Positions 54,567 through 64,000 of a stretch of DNA of 64,000 nucleotides are shown here, piece after piece. The DNA comes from Candidatus Bathyarchaeota archaeon (GTDB lineage: Archaea > Thermoproteota > Bathyarchaeia > 40CM-2-53-6). The notes beneath the pieces are model-generated. The model searched no databases. It was given only the letters and a program-made list of their open reading frames with translations, and was not told the origin of the DNA. Numbering within the stretch: position 1 is the first letter of the stretch; every line of letters begins with the position of its first letter. The stretch covers positions 96,001-160,000 of the forward strand of contig CAVSBL010000002.1 of NCBI GenBank assembly GCA_963726255.1, in the 5' to 3' direction. Position numbers and translations under genes: made by a program.

Positions 54567-56969
54567 GTGCTCTTGGCGCTGGGTGGTAGTGGCACCGTGC
54601 AAGTCGCCGAGTACGATTTGTTCATCGACCTGGATTTTACTAATTTGAAATTCAAAGGAAAGCTGCTTATCAAGCTGAAGACGGAAGAAGACATACTCCT
54701 GAACTCTGTCGGCCTAAACATAGAACATGTCAGCTCGGGCCAAAGCGTCTTCCGCTTCAGTCAGAAAGACGAGGACCTAACTATCGAGACAGGGCCATTC
54801 GACGGCACCGTGCAAATCAATTATGCAGCTGCCATTCCGAATTCCTTAGCAGGAATCTACAGCGCTCCATACGACCATACGCATATCGTAACCACGCATT
54901 TCGAGGCAGCTCAAGCGAGGCGAATGTTCCCATGCGCTGACCGGCCCGACGTTAAAGCCGAGTTTAAGCTCGCAGTGAAAATCGACATGGGCCTTGAAGC
55001 AATTTCGAACATGCCCGTACAATCTGTTAGCCAGGATGGAGAGAAGAAAACAGTTACTTTTGAAAAGACACCGCGAATGTCCACCTACCTCCTTTACCTT
55101 GGAGTCGGTAAGTTCGAAACGCAGACAGAGAAACTCGGCAAGACCGAAATAATCGTGGCAACGACCCCAGGCAAGACGAAGCTGGGCAAATTCGCACAGG
55201 ATGAAGCCCGGCAAGCAATCAAATTCTTCAATTCCTACTATGGCCTACCATACTCGCTTCCAAAGGTGCACTTGATCGGTGTCCCTGAATTCGCGATGGG
55301 GGCAATGGAGAATTGGGGGGCTATTACTTTTCGCGAAATCATGCTGTTTGTTAACGCTAACACGAGCACTAGGATAAAGATGCGTTCTTCGATGGGCGTA
55401 GCTCACGAGTTAGCCCACCAGTGGTTTGGGGACCTAGTTACCATGAAATGGTGGGACGACATTTGGCTGAACGAAAGTTTTGCAACGTTCATGTCATACA
55501 AGGCGGTAGACTCTATCCACCCAGACTGGAAGATCTTGGATAATTTCTACAACGGGGAACCAAGAGTTGAAACACTCGCCGGAGCCTTAGGCAGAGATTG
55601 CCTGAAGAACACTCACCCAATCGAAGTCAAAGTAAAATCGCCTGACGAAATCGAACAAATCTTCGACGCCATTAGCTACGGCAAGGGTGCCCACGTACTC
55701 AGAATGATTGAGGCCTACATTGGTGAAGAAGCATTTCGGGAAGGTGTAAGCCGCTATCTCTCAAAGTACGCATACTCGAACGCCACTGGGAATGACCTGT
55801 GGTCCATGCTTGAAGCTGCGTCCGGGAAGCCTGTGAAGCAGATAATGTCTCATTGGGTGAAGCAGCCAGGATATCCAATTGTAACTGTTTCGTTGCGTGA
55901 CGGAAAGCTGGCTCTTCGGCAAGAGAGATTCCTTCTCTCGGGTGATACGGAGAATGTCACTTGGCCGATTCCAATTGTGATTGAAGTGAATGGCGAAAGA
56001 AGGCGGATCCTCATGGAGAAGGTGGACGAGATAGTTGAAACCAAGGGTTTGAAGTCGTTAATAGTGAACCCTGACTGCACGGGCTTCTTCTTGGTGAAGT
56101 ACGTCGGCCTCGATGCCCTTCTGTGGGAAAGTGAGCTTTCACCGTTTGACAAATGGGGAATAGTGTTCGACGCGTTCCTTTTCCTCCTTTCCGGAAGAAT
56201 CACTTACAAGGAGTATCTGGAGGTTCCGAACAAGTTCAGTAGAGAAGCCAGTACTCTTCCGGCGGGAGAGATTTCAGACCAACTAGGATTACTGTACACG
56301 CTTGTTCCTTCAAAAGTTGCCGAAAATGCAAAGGAATTTCATCGAACGCAGCTCGAATTGCTGGAGCACAAGACCGACGGGAACAGTTCAATCTTACGGG
56401 GCAAAGTGGCGTACAGGTTGGCGCTGGTCGATGAAGGATACGCCTCCAAATTAGGCAAAGATTTCAAAGATTACCAAAAGGTCCCACCCGACATGAAACA
56501 AGCCGTAGCTCTAGCCTATGCACGATCAACTAACGATTTCGACGGTCTCGCGAAGGCTTACAAGGAAAGCGGTTCGGACGAGGACAAAATCAGGTTCCTT
56601 AACGCGATGACCGGCTTCGCAGATGAGGCGTTGCTTCTAAAGACCTTGAGTCTTGCTCTGAGTGGCGAAGTCAAGAGACAAGACGTCGTCGCCGTAATTG
56701 GCGCCGCTGCTGAGAAGCCGCATGCTGGCGACACCATATGGCCTTGGCTGCAACTGAATATTGAAAGGATTCGGGACCTGTACCATAATACGGGAGTGCT
56801 TTCGGGAATGTTCGGAAGTCTGATCCCGATCTTAGGAGTCGGTAGAATCCAAGAGGTCGAGAGTTTCTTCGACAAGCACAAAATGCCCGAGGCAGAAATG
56901 GGGATCAAGGCCGGGCTTGAAAGACTGCCGGCATATGATCGGCTCGTCAAAAGCATCATGCAAACTTGA
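54567..56969 (+). CDS. M1 aminopeptidase (tricorn-interacting factor F2/F3-like)
   Basis: GAMENWG, HELAHQWFG...NESFA, YGKG. Confidence 0.95.
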   Translation: MLLALGGSGTVQVAEYDLFIDLDFTNLKFKGKLLIKLKTEEDILLNSVGLNIEHVSSGQSVFRFSQKDEDLTIETGPFDGTVQINYAAAIPNSLAGIYSAPYDHTHIVTTHFEAAQARRMFPCADRPDVKAEFKLAVKIDMGLEAISNMPVQSVSQDGEKKTVTFEKTPRMSTYLLYLGVGKFETQTEKLGKTEIIVATTPGKTKLGKFAQDEARQAIKFFNSYYGLPYSLPKVHLIGVPEFAMGAMENWGAITFREIMLFVNANTSTRIKMRSSMGVAHELAHQWFGDLVTMKWWDDIWLNESFATFMSYKAVDSIHPDWKILDNFYNGEPRVETLAGALGRDCLKNTHPIEVKVKSPDEIEQIFDAISYGKGAHVLRMIEAYIGEEAFREGVSRYLSKYAYSNATGNDLWSMLEAASGKPVKQIMSHWVKQPGYPIVTVSLRDGKLALRQERFLLSGDTENVTWPIPIVIEVNGERRRILMEKVDEIVETKGLKSLIVNPDCTGFFLVKYVGLDALLWESELSPFDKWGIVFDAFLFLLSGRITYKEYLEVPNKFSREASTLPAGEISDQLGLLYTLVPSKVAENAKEFHRTQLELLEHKTDGNSSILRGKVAYRLALVDEGYASKLGKDFKDYQKVPPDMKQAVALAYARSTNDFDGLAKAYKESGSDEDKIRFLNAMTGFADEALLLKTLSLALSGEVKRQDVVAVIGAAAEKPHAGDTIWPWLQLNIERIRDLYHNTGVLSGMFGSLIPILGVGRIQEVESFFDKHKMPEAEMGIKAGLERLPAYDRLVKSIMQT

Positions 56970-57001
56970 ATGGCGAAGAGTGTTGTGCGAGGTTCTTACG
57001 G

Positions 57002-58654
57002 TCATAATATTTTCTTCTTAACGAGGACCAAGAATACTACTGCGAGGCCTAGAACGACTGCGACAAGGGTTTCCACTTCCCGCCAGTTGACTGTTGATTC
57101 CTGATTACTCGTGAGACTTTGCCCGGTTAGTGGATTGAGTAGAGTCTCAACAGGTGCGTAATTATCCGTTAGGACGGGTGCGTTGCCCGTGTCTAATGCG
57201 AGATAGTTTGCCACATAGCTATTTAGTGCCGGGATTTTGACGGTTGTCGTGCTCGCTGCGAGATTTGCGAAGTCGGTTTTTGTCAGGGGGTTGGGGAGTC
57301 GTGTCGCGAGTATTATGACGTTCTGCGGTTCTTGGTAGTCGGCCCCGTTAACTGGGAAAACGTAGACTTCCGGGAAAACCGTGCTCACCGTCTTCACCTC
57401 GGCCATAAGCAGCTGGGCTTGGTCGCCGGAAGTTGCAGCAATAAGGTTGGAAATTAGGCTTCCTTCTCCAGTCAAGTGAGATGAAACTAGCGCGAAGAAC
57501 TCAGCAGTCATGAGGTGAAACGGGACATAACTCTTTGAGTACGCGTCCAAGACGACTAGGTCGTACTTGTGGGAGTTTCCTTGGAGAAATATGCGGCCAT
57601 CTTCGTTGTAGATGTGCAGCCTAGGGTTGCTGGCGTTTACGGCGAAATACGTTTCCGCGACTCGGATGACTTCAGGGTCGATTTCAGCGACATCAACCGT
57701 GACTTTAGGGTAGTCCTTCAGGAACGCTTTGGGGCCCGTGAAGCCACCGCCCCCAATGAACAGTACGCGGGTGATGTTCGAATTGAGGAGGAAGCCTAGG
57801 TGGAAATAGTCTGTGTATTCGAAGACCGTGCGGTCCGGATTATTGAGGTCCATGGCGCTGTGCAAGTTGTCATCCAAGATCAGGTAACGGACTGTTGATT
57901 GATGCGCGGGGTCATAGGCATCAGCCACTAGCAAATGATGGTACGGGGTATCCGCCTCGTATATTGTGTCGCCGAGCGCCAAGGTGTAGGCGGCGACAGT
58001 TAATCTTCGGCTAACCATGTACGGGGCCGCAAACGGCAGCACCAGGAGTACTAGTAGAACAAAGACTTTCATTCGAAAACCAAGCCCAAGAAATGCGACA
58101 ACCAATAAAGTCGCCCCAAGGCCGAGGACGATTTTGTTTACGCCAAATGCAGGGATGAGGACGAAAACGGTGACGAACGTACCCACTATGCTCCCAAGCG
58201 TTGACAACGCGTACAGATTTCCAGACAACTTACCTAATTTCTCGAAGCTTTTCGCTGCGAGGCGTATCGCATAGGGCGACACCATGCCCAACAGAATGCT
58301 TGGAAGCCCAAGCAGCACCGTCGTCGCCAAGAGCGGCGAGTACCGATCACCGATACCGAGCCTAACCACGAAATCAAAAACAGGTGGAGCGAGGGTAGGC
58401 AAAACTGTGACAAAAAGGCCTGCGACGAAAATGAGGAGAGACAGAATATGAAAATCTGGCTTGCGGTCGGCAACTTTTCCCCCCAAGTAGTAGCCTAGGC
58501 TTAGGGCCGCGAGAACGACACCGATGAGGCTGCCCCATACAAAGATTGAATTGCCGAAAACAGGGGCAAGTAGCCTACTCCCTAGAAGTTCAAGCGCCAT
58601 CACGACCGCGCCGGACACAAAAACAGAACATAGCAGTCGCAGTTGGTACGGCAT
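57002..58654 (-). CDS. Fused membrane domain/spermidine-synthase-like methyltransferase-fold protein
   Basis: N-terminal TMs (ELLGSRLLAP.FG), IGGGG, EIDP, DGR, LDAY. Confidence 0.88.
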   Translation of the reverse strand: MPYQLRLLCSVFVSGAVVMALELLGSRLLAPVFGNSIFVWGSLIGVVLAALSLGYYLGGKVADRKPDFHILSLLIFVAGLFVTVLPTLAPPVFDFVVRLGIGDRYSPLLATTVLLGLPSILLGMVSPYAIRLAAKSFEKLGKLSGNLYALSTLGSIVGTFVTVFVLIPAFGVNKIVLGLGATLLVVAFLGLGFRMKVFVLLVLLVLPFAAPYMVSRRLTVAAYTLALGDTIYEADTPYHHLLVADAYDPAHQSTVRYLILDDNLHSAMDLNNPDRTVFEYTDYFHLGFLLNSNITRVLFIGGGGFTGPKAFLKDYPKVTVDVAEIDPEVIRVAETYFAVNASNPRLHIYNEDGRIFLQGNSHKYDLVVLDAYSKSYVPFHLMTAEFFALVSSHLTGEGSLISNLIAATSGDQAQLLMAEVKTVSTVFPEVYVFPVNGADYQEPQNVIILATRLPNPLTKTDFANLAASTTTVKIPALNSYVANYLALDTGNAPVLTDNYAPVETLLNPLTGQSLTSNQESTVNWREVETLVAVVLGLAVVFLVLVKKKIL

Positions 58655-58669
58655 TCAGATCAACGTCCG

Positions 58670-61651
58670 TCAACGCTTGGTCGTGTTGTAGTCAAACTTG
58701 TCCGTAGATGTAAGCAAGTTCGACGACAACATCCACGAAGATGAGAGCGCGGTTGATACTGGTGATGGCTGGTAATCGTTCAGCCAGATTTGCATATTGA
58801 TATCGGCGCCTGAAGGGACATTCAGCAGGGCTGAGTACGGGGAATATCCGGCGAGTGATACCCCAATACCATAGCTTCCACCCGGCACCCAGACTTGGAA
58901 CGAACCATCCAGACTAAATGTTGTGTAATTCCCGGGCCTAACATCAATGATGGCTGTCAACGTGTAATTGTTTGGTTCCAAAGTTATAGCGGCCCAAGAC
59001 AAGGGGCGTGCGATATTGTAGAAGTCTGGGCCCGTGATGGTTCCAGAGATTCTTGTGGCGCGATCCAGGGACTCCGCCGTTGAAACGTTGCCCCTCGCGG
59101 GCACAAGCACTTGCAGCGGGATTGTCTGATAATAACCGTCAACCCACATCCTGACAACATACCAACGGGGCGAATCACTCCATGGATACAGAATTAATCC
59201 TCCCGGGCTCTGACCAGCACCGTCGGTCGTGTCATAGAATCCTGACCAGACAAACCTTGGGTCGCCGTAATAACGGTCGAACCCAGCCAAGATGAAGTGG
59301 GCGGTACGTGTGAGGGTTTTGTCTTCAGCGAAATTGGGTATGTAGCTTGCGTTGGCTGCCACAAAATTCCCATGGTCGTCGAATACTTCGATACGTGCTG
59401 GTGTGCCGTCCAAATGATTGATTGGTTGAGCATAAGGCTGCGTTGAGTTGATGATCGAGAGTAGGCCCTCGTCCCTGAAGTTGACAGTCAAGTCAATGAC
59501 GGGGTTCTCAATCATCCAGACCGCGGCATCGGTGTTGCTGCCCAGCACTACGTTGACATGCAGTATCTCTCTTTGAGTGTACCCGAGGGTTTGTACGACA
59601 ATGTCGTAACTATCAGTCTGCAGTCCTAGGTATGTGAGACTCACGTTTGCTAAAGCGCTCGGCTTGTCCACCAGACTCAGTTGTGTAGCATTTGCTTGAT
59701 AGACTGCGCCGTTGGATTCGATTATCATTATGTTGATCGTGGCCCCCGACCTGGTCGTGGAATTAGAATAGTCCCATGGCCTGCTCACCGGCGGAGTTTG
59801 GTCGTCGACGGAATAAATTGAAAGCAGTAGTCCACCTGCCTTGTACACGATAAGGCTCAGACTCACAACGACGTCTCCCAGCCCCATGGTTGCTTGAACG
59901 TTAGTCCTCTGGTAATAGAAATCTCGGATTCCAAGGTTGGCGAAACCAGCGAAACTTGGCGAGGAACTTACCCGAGCAATGATCTGATATGTTCCGGGCA
60001 GGAGCCCACCGTTTTGAGAGAAAAGCGATGAGATGCCGAAGCTTCGAGAGTTACTGAACCCCTGTAGCTCCACCGTGGCATTAGTTGCTCCCGCGGGTAC
60101 AAACGTCGTGTTCTGTGCTCTAAGTACACCCTGCTGATCGTACGCCGAGACAGTGAGTGTTGAATTGACCTCAAGTTGTCCTATCTCCGCTATCCTATTG
60201 AGTTGATCTGGTCCTATTGTTGAGTTCAGGTCCCTGAAGTGCACAGTCACATTGAACGTGCCAGATCGAATAAGAGGGATGGTGGAAACCGTCCTCGTCG
60301 TCTCATTACCCACATGCACATACACCTCTTCGAGCTGGATGTACGACGTAACGTAGGCATACAACAAATAATCACCGGAGGTCAGGCCGGATGTGAAACC
60401 CGCGGAATTCTGGGGGATTCGGCCATCAAACCCCAACTGATACTGAATCGCGAAAGGAAATGATGTTGCCTTATGTTGCGTCGTCAAAGCGAAACTGGAA
60501 GGCGGAGGAATCGAAGCCACAACAGACCCGTCTAGGTTGACGAGTCTCACCGATATCGATCGGTTTGTTGGACGGCTATGTCCAGAGATGTCGATACCAA
60601 AGAGTGTTCCCCAAGGGACAGGGAGTCCTGCAGCAGATGTCGACAGAACTGTTCCCGTCACGTTGACACTCTCGGTCATATAGATGTCAACGCCTTCAAG
60701 TGATTGGGCTGGGCCTACATTGACAGTGGTCGGTCTGGTTGTTGGGATATGCCCAGCTGCATAAGCGGTTATGTTGTAAGTGCCAGGGGCGACTCCGAAT
60801 ATGGTATACTGCCCTTGAGCAGTGGAGTTGACGAATGCTTGGGCTGAAACCGGTTCTCCGAGATAATCTGAGCCAGTCGCGATGATCTGAGCTCCCATTC
60901 CATTAGGTAGAGTTATCGGCTGTCCTGCCCTCGTCTTGTTGCGGTCACCTAGTTCTCTGAGTGTTCCTGAGATGTAGGCGGGGTCCCGACTTGCTTTGAC
61001 GACTATGGTCGGGAAATTTCTTGGACCGATTGATGTTCCGTTCAGGAATGCCTTGAAGAAATATCTTCCAGCTATGGATGGCGATGTCACTTGAGAGAGC
61101 CTGATATATTGTGTCTGGTTTTCGAGGAATATTCGGTTAGCTGTCATGTTGATGTTGTCCTTCGGGTAATTCAGGTCGGATGTCACTATCAGGTTGTAGA
61201 CTGTGATTTTCCACCAATTTGGCCCAATCTGGTCCCCGGATGAGAGTCTCGATAGCGAGATGCTGTGGGGGTCGTAACTGTTTGTGAAGCTAGTCCACAA
61301 ATTACCTATAGTTAGGCCCGAGAAGTCGGGCGGAATGTAGATGTTAACACTGCTATACAACGCGGCGTCGGGCACGCCTTGGATTGTGCGGCTGGAAGGG
61401 GTTGCGTTGAGCGTTACTGTGAAGAGTAGGTCTCCCACGCTGTTTGTTAGGATGCTGCTGTTCGGATAAGCCAGCTTAACTGGCCCAAAACCCGGGAATC
61501 CTGCACCCAGCCTGAGGTCGTATTTGCCGGGCGAGACCGCGATGTCGTTGCTGAAGACCTTCTCCTCGGGCATCGGGGCTAGTAAGAGACTCGACAAAGC
61601 CAAGCAGATAATGAGAACGCGGAAGCACCGAGTCCATGTGCCCGACATCAA
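58670..61651 (-). CDS. Large secreted protein with carboxypeptidase-regulatory-like (beta-sandwich) domains
   Basis: Signal peptide; repeated ISGT.../PGTYNITAYAAG motifs; many N-x-S/T sequons. Confidence 0.75.
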   Translation of the reverse strand: MMSGTWTRCFRVLIICLALSSLLLAPMPEEKVFSNDIAVSPGKYDLRLGAGFPGFGPVKLAYPNSSILTNSVGDLLFTVTLNATPSSRTIQGVPDAALYSSVNIYIPPDFSGLTIGNLWTSFTNSYDPHSISLSRLSSGDQIGPNWWKITVYNLIVTSDLNYPKDNINMTANRIFLENQTQYIRLSQVTSPSIAGRYFFKAFLNGTSIGPRNFPTIVVKASRDPAYISGTLRELGDRNKTRAGQPITLPNGMGAQIIATGSDYLGEPVSAQAFVNSTAQGQYTIFGVAPGTYNITAYAAGHIPTTRPTTVNVGPAQSLEGVDIYMTESVNVTGTVLSTSAAGLPVPWGTLFGIDISGHSRPTNRSISVRLVNLDGSVVASIPPPSSFALTTQHKATSFPFAIQYQLGFDGRIPQNSAGFTSGLTSGDYLLYAYVTSYIQLEEVYVHVGNETTRTVSTIPLIRSGTFNVTVHFRDLNSTIGPDQLNRIAEIGQLEVNSTLTVSAYDQQGVLRAQNTTFVPAGATNATVELQGFSNSRSFGISSLFSQNGGLLPGTYQIIARVSSSPSFAGFANLGIRDFYYQRTNVQATMGLGDVVVSLSLIVYKAGGLLLSIYSVDDQTPPVSRPWDYSNSTTRSGATINIMIIESNGAVYQANATQLSLVDKPSALANVSLTYLGLQTDSYDIVVQTLGYTQREILHVNVVLGSNTDAAVWMIENPVIDLTVNFRDEGLLSIINSTQPYAQPINHLDGTPARIEVFDDHGNFVAANASYIPNFAEDKTLTRTAHFILAGFDRYYGDPRFVWSGFYDTTDGAGQSPGGLILYPWSDSPRWYVVRMWVDGYYQTIPLQVLVPARGNVSTAESLDRATRISGTITGPDFYNIARPLSWAAITLEPNNYTLTAIIDVRPGNYTTFSLDGSFQVWVPGGSYGIGVSLAGYSPYSALLNVPSGADINMQIWLNDYQPSPVSTALSSSWMLSSNLLTSTDKFDYNTTKR

Positions 61652-61652
61652 G

Positions 61653-62066
61653 TTAGCCCGGTTTGAGTTTCGATAATTCTTCGGTCTCTAGCGATTCGGA
61701 TTCCTCGTTTAGTTCGGAGTCGCCCTTGCGAACTCGGCCGTACACAGCTGCAATGGCGAAAACAGCTGCCACAATGAGGAAGCCAGCTATGAACGAGGAA
61801 ACGGTGAAGCCAATCTCTGAAGTCGAACGTACAAGAGTGGTGGTAGCTCCGAATCCCCTGAATGTCGGTACTGGCGTTAGAATGTAAACGACATAAGCGT
61901 TGGCCGCGTTTAGGCCCCCGGCCACCAAAGCCCACAAAGTGATTTTTCTGGCTGAGGTTTTCTTTCCTGATTTCTGTAACGAGCCAATTAGGACGCCGAT
62001 GATTATGATGGGAATGATGATTGGCAGCTGAGGCATTTGGCGTGAACTCCAATGGCGGCGGGGCAA
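61653..62066 (-). CDS. Three-TM membrane protein (start likely 62036)
   Basis: Hydrophobic helices; coupled to the downstream secreted protein. Confidence 0.6.
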   Translation of the reverse strand: MPRRHWSSRQMPQLPIIIPIIIIGVLIGSLQKSGKKTSARKITLWALVAGGLNAANAYVVYILTPVPTFRGFGATTTLVRSTSEIGFTVSSFIAGFLIVAAVFAIAAVYGRVRKGDSELNEESESLETEELSKLKPG

Positions 62067-62120
62067 AGGTGACCGTGTTTATATAAGGCTAACTACATCG
62101 CATAGTTAGGAATCAGCACG

Positions 62121-62552
62121 TTGAAATTTCACGCGGTCCGTCCCAACCATCCCAATCTCAGATTTGCTTTGGGTGATCTTGAGGCCGTCGTTCTCAGACA
62201 ACTTTGGGAATCTCACAAACCACTCTCCGTGAGAGAATCCCAATCTAGGACTGCAAGGACGCGGCCAGTTGCCGTCACGACGGTCGCAACAATCTTGGAC
62301 CGTTTGTATAGAAAGGGGGTGGTTTCGAGGCAGCTGGCGAGAGACGGTGGCCCCCACTACCTGTATACGGCCAAGGTTACCGAGGAAGAGTTCAAGCAGG
62401 CGGTCGTTAGGAACGTAATGGACGGGCTCCTCCACGGCTTTAATGAGGTCACAGTTGCTTACTTGGCTGAAAAAATGGGTGCCTCCGACGGAAGCGATTT
62501 GCATTTCGTTTCGAAATACTTGAATCGTCTGCGCAAGAAGGACAAGAAATGA
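62121..62552 (+). CDS. BlaI/MecI/CopY-family transcriptional repressor
   Basis: LGDLEAVVLRQLW, TTVATILDRLYRKG. Confidence 0.9.
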   Translation: MKFHAVRPNHPNLRFALGDLEAVVLRQLWESHKPLSVRESQSRTARTRPVAVTTVATILDRLYRKGVVSRQLARDGGPHYLYTAKVTEEEFKQAVVRNVMDGLLHGFNEVTVAYLAEKMGASDGSDLHFVSKYLNRLRKKDKK

Positions 62553-63487
62553 TCCTTATTCTTCCGCGATACTTTTTCTTGATTAGCTGGCTGATTGCTG
62601 GTCCGCCCATACTTGCACTTCCGACCATAGGCCTACTCGCTGGCGGGGTCGCTCTGGTATTTGTTCTGCGGCGGTCGTATCGCGAGCGGACCCTTGCTTT
62701 GCTAGGAATCTTTGGGTTGATGCTGGTTGAGAGCGTGTTCGTCGTTGGGGTAACCATTCACTTCCTGTGGAGAGGCGAACCTGCGCATCTTGTGGAAAGT
62801 TCTAGAAGTTTCTTTGACCTATTTCACGCCTTGGACGTAGGGACGGTTCTGCTTGGGGCACTGGCTGCCGGATGCGCAGCAGTCTTCATCGAACTCGGAA
62901 AATCGCGCATGAGCCTTTCGAAAGCATTTCCGCAGATCACATTTCTCAATCCGCCAACTCGTCTGGAGGAGATGGTTAACCGACTGGCGACGGCGGCTGG
63001 AATTTCAGCCCCTGATGTTCGTTTGATTGATTCCGGTGCGCCTTCGGCGTTTACGGTGCGGGCTAATCGAAAATATACAGTTACGGTCTCGGTAGGTCTC
63101 CTGGAGTCTTTGGAAGATTGTGAAGTGGAAGCGTGTCTAGCTCACGAGATTGCTCACTTGAAAAATCATGATTTCACTGTAAGGTTCGCTGCGACCCTCG
63201 CGAAGGTCGCTCTATTCACCCGACCACTGAGCTACCTCCTTGAGCCTGCGGTCTACAGAGCCCGAGAATTCTTGGCAGACTTAACAGCGGTTAAATTAGT
63301 TGGGGAGCCAGACGCTTTAATCTCCGCGCTAGCCAAGCTGAAAGAGGCGAGCGACTTCGAGTTGGTAGTGCCAGGGTCCTCATGCGTGTGCAATCTAACA
63401 GGCCGAAGGGGAGTAGTTCGAATATTCGACAAGCATCCAACCTTAGAGGCTCGAATAAGCGCACTTTGGGAAATGAAACAAAAGTGA
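62549..63487 (+). CDS. M56/M48 membrane zinc metalloprotease (BlaR1/HtpX-like)
   Basis: PSAFT, LAHEIAH, REFLAD, HPTLEARI; coupled to the BlaI-like gene. Confidence 0.88.
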   Translation: MILILPRYFFLISWLIAGPPILALPTIGLLAGGVALVFVLRRSYRERTLALLGIFGLMLVESVFVVGVTIHFLWRGEPAHLVESSRSFFDLFHALDVGTVLLGALAAGCAAVFIELGKSRMSLSKAFPQITFLNPPTRLEEMVNRLATAAGISAPDVRLIDSGAPSAFTVRANRKYTVTVSVGLLESLEDCEVEACLAHEIAHLKNHDFTVRFAATLAKVALFTRPLSYLLEPAVYRAREFLADLTAVKLVGEPDALISALAKLKEASDFELVVPGSSCVCNLTGRRGVVRIFDKHPTLEARISALWEMKQK

Positions 63488-64000
63488 ATGCGTCCCATAC
63501 GATCCAGCCTTTGATTCTTGTCCTCCTGACCGTATGTTTATTGTCTGTGCCGATGGGTTCTGTTCAAGCTCAGAGTGTTCCACACTTGACAGTCACAGTG
63601 ACGGGACAGGCTCTGACGGCGGGATTCGACGATAATGTGACCGTTACAGTACTCAATAACTACTACAACTACCCGGCCATATACGATGTTGATGTGGCCG
63701 TTACTATCCCGGCTGGTTTGGCTATGTATGGCGGCAGTCACTGGCGCTATGATACAATGCAGTTAGGGCAGTCGGTTGCGATCAACTTTCAGGTGTACGC
63801 TCCAACAGCGGCCATTGGGGCCACCTATCAGGGTTCTGTAACTGTAACCTACAAGGCGTTAGGGGACGTATCTTACACTCAAGAGGTCCACTCGGTCAGT
63901 TTCTCTGTTTATGCCTACATCAACCTCATCCTGTATGGGGTACAGGTCACGCCTTCAACCTCAACGCCCGGCGGGAACGCTACAATCTCAGGCAACCTCT
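63484..64000 (+). CDS. S-layer-domain (COG1361-like) secreted protein, runs off the window end
   Basis: Hand-translated open frame from GTG overlapping the upstream TGA: signal peptide ...VQAQ, then beta-rich ...TPGGNATISGNL. Confidence 0.7.
   Translation, partial: MNASHTIQPLILVLLTVCLLSVPMGSVQAQSVPHLTVTVTGQALTAGFDDNVTVTVLNNYYNYPAIYDVDVAVTIPAGLAMYGGSHWRYDTMQLGQSVAINFQVYAPTAAIGATYQGSVTVTYKALGDVSYTQEVHSVSFSVYAYINLILYGVQVTPSTSTPGGNATISGNL

Noticed and set aside
7533-56959. Long antisense ORFs (e.g. 7533-8327, 16939-17526, 28566-29213, 41057-41614, 49096-49560, 56558-56959)
   Set aside because: Shadows of well-supported genes on the opposite strand, with no motifs of their own.
1-64000. CRISPR array or cas genes suggested by the CARF-like protein and the 37-bp repeat
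   Set aside because: No regularly spaced repeat-spacer units; motif A copies are kilobases apart; no Cas motifs seen.

Overview
Archaeal chromosomal window (about 50% GC; TACK-type, gene content most reminiscent of soil/sediment Bathyarchaeia, but that assignment is inference). It opens in the 3' end of a 23S rRNA gene and contains a CbsA/Rieske/cytochrome b respiratory operon, a porGDAB-type 2-oxoacid:ferredoxin oxidoreductase operon, housekeeping genes (trpB2, dinB, tbp, DEAD-box helicase, rpiA, pgk, M1 aminopeptidase) and five tRNA genes. All five tRNAs carry introns and four carry two, including non-canonical positions. Main unusual items: (1) a eukaryote-like ubiquitin operon (Ubl ending GG, E2, Ubl-E1, membrane-fused JAMM) with no RING E3, bracketed by two zinc-ribbon/B-box-like proteins; (2) a ~1 kb integrase-free element carrying only an HTH-LAGLIDADG endonuclease between 28-bp direct repeats of the tRNA-Thr(GGT) 3' end, whose ORF takes its stop codon from the tRNA; (3) a 24.5-30.6 kb accessory region built from three repeated units, each a ~32-37 bp semi-palindromic site followed by a tRNA 3'-end remnant, around TBP, DEAD-box and surface-protein cargo; (4) a decayed integrase island at tRNA-Thr(TGT) with candidate defence genes; (5) two metal-binding microproteins missed by the ORF track. 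All family calls are from motif recognition by eye; no searches were run.
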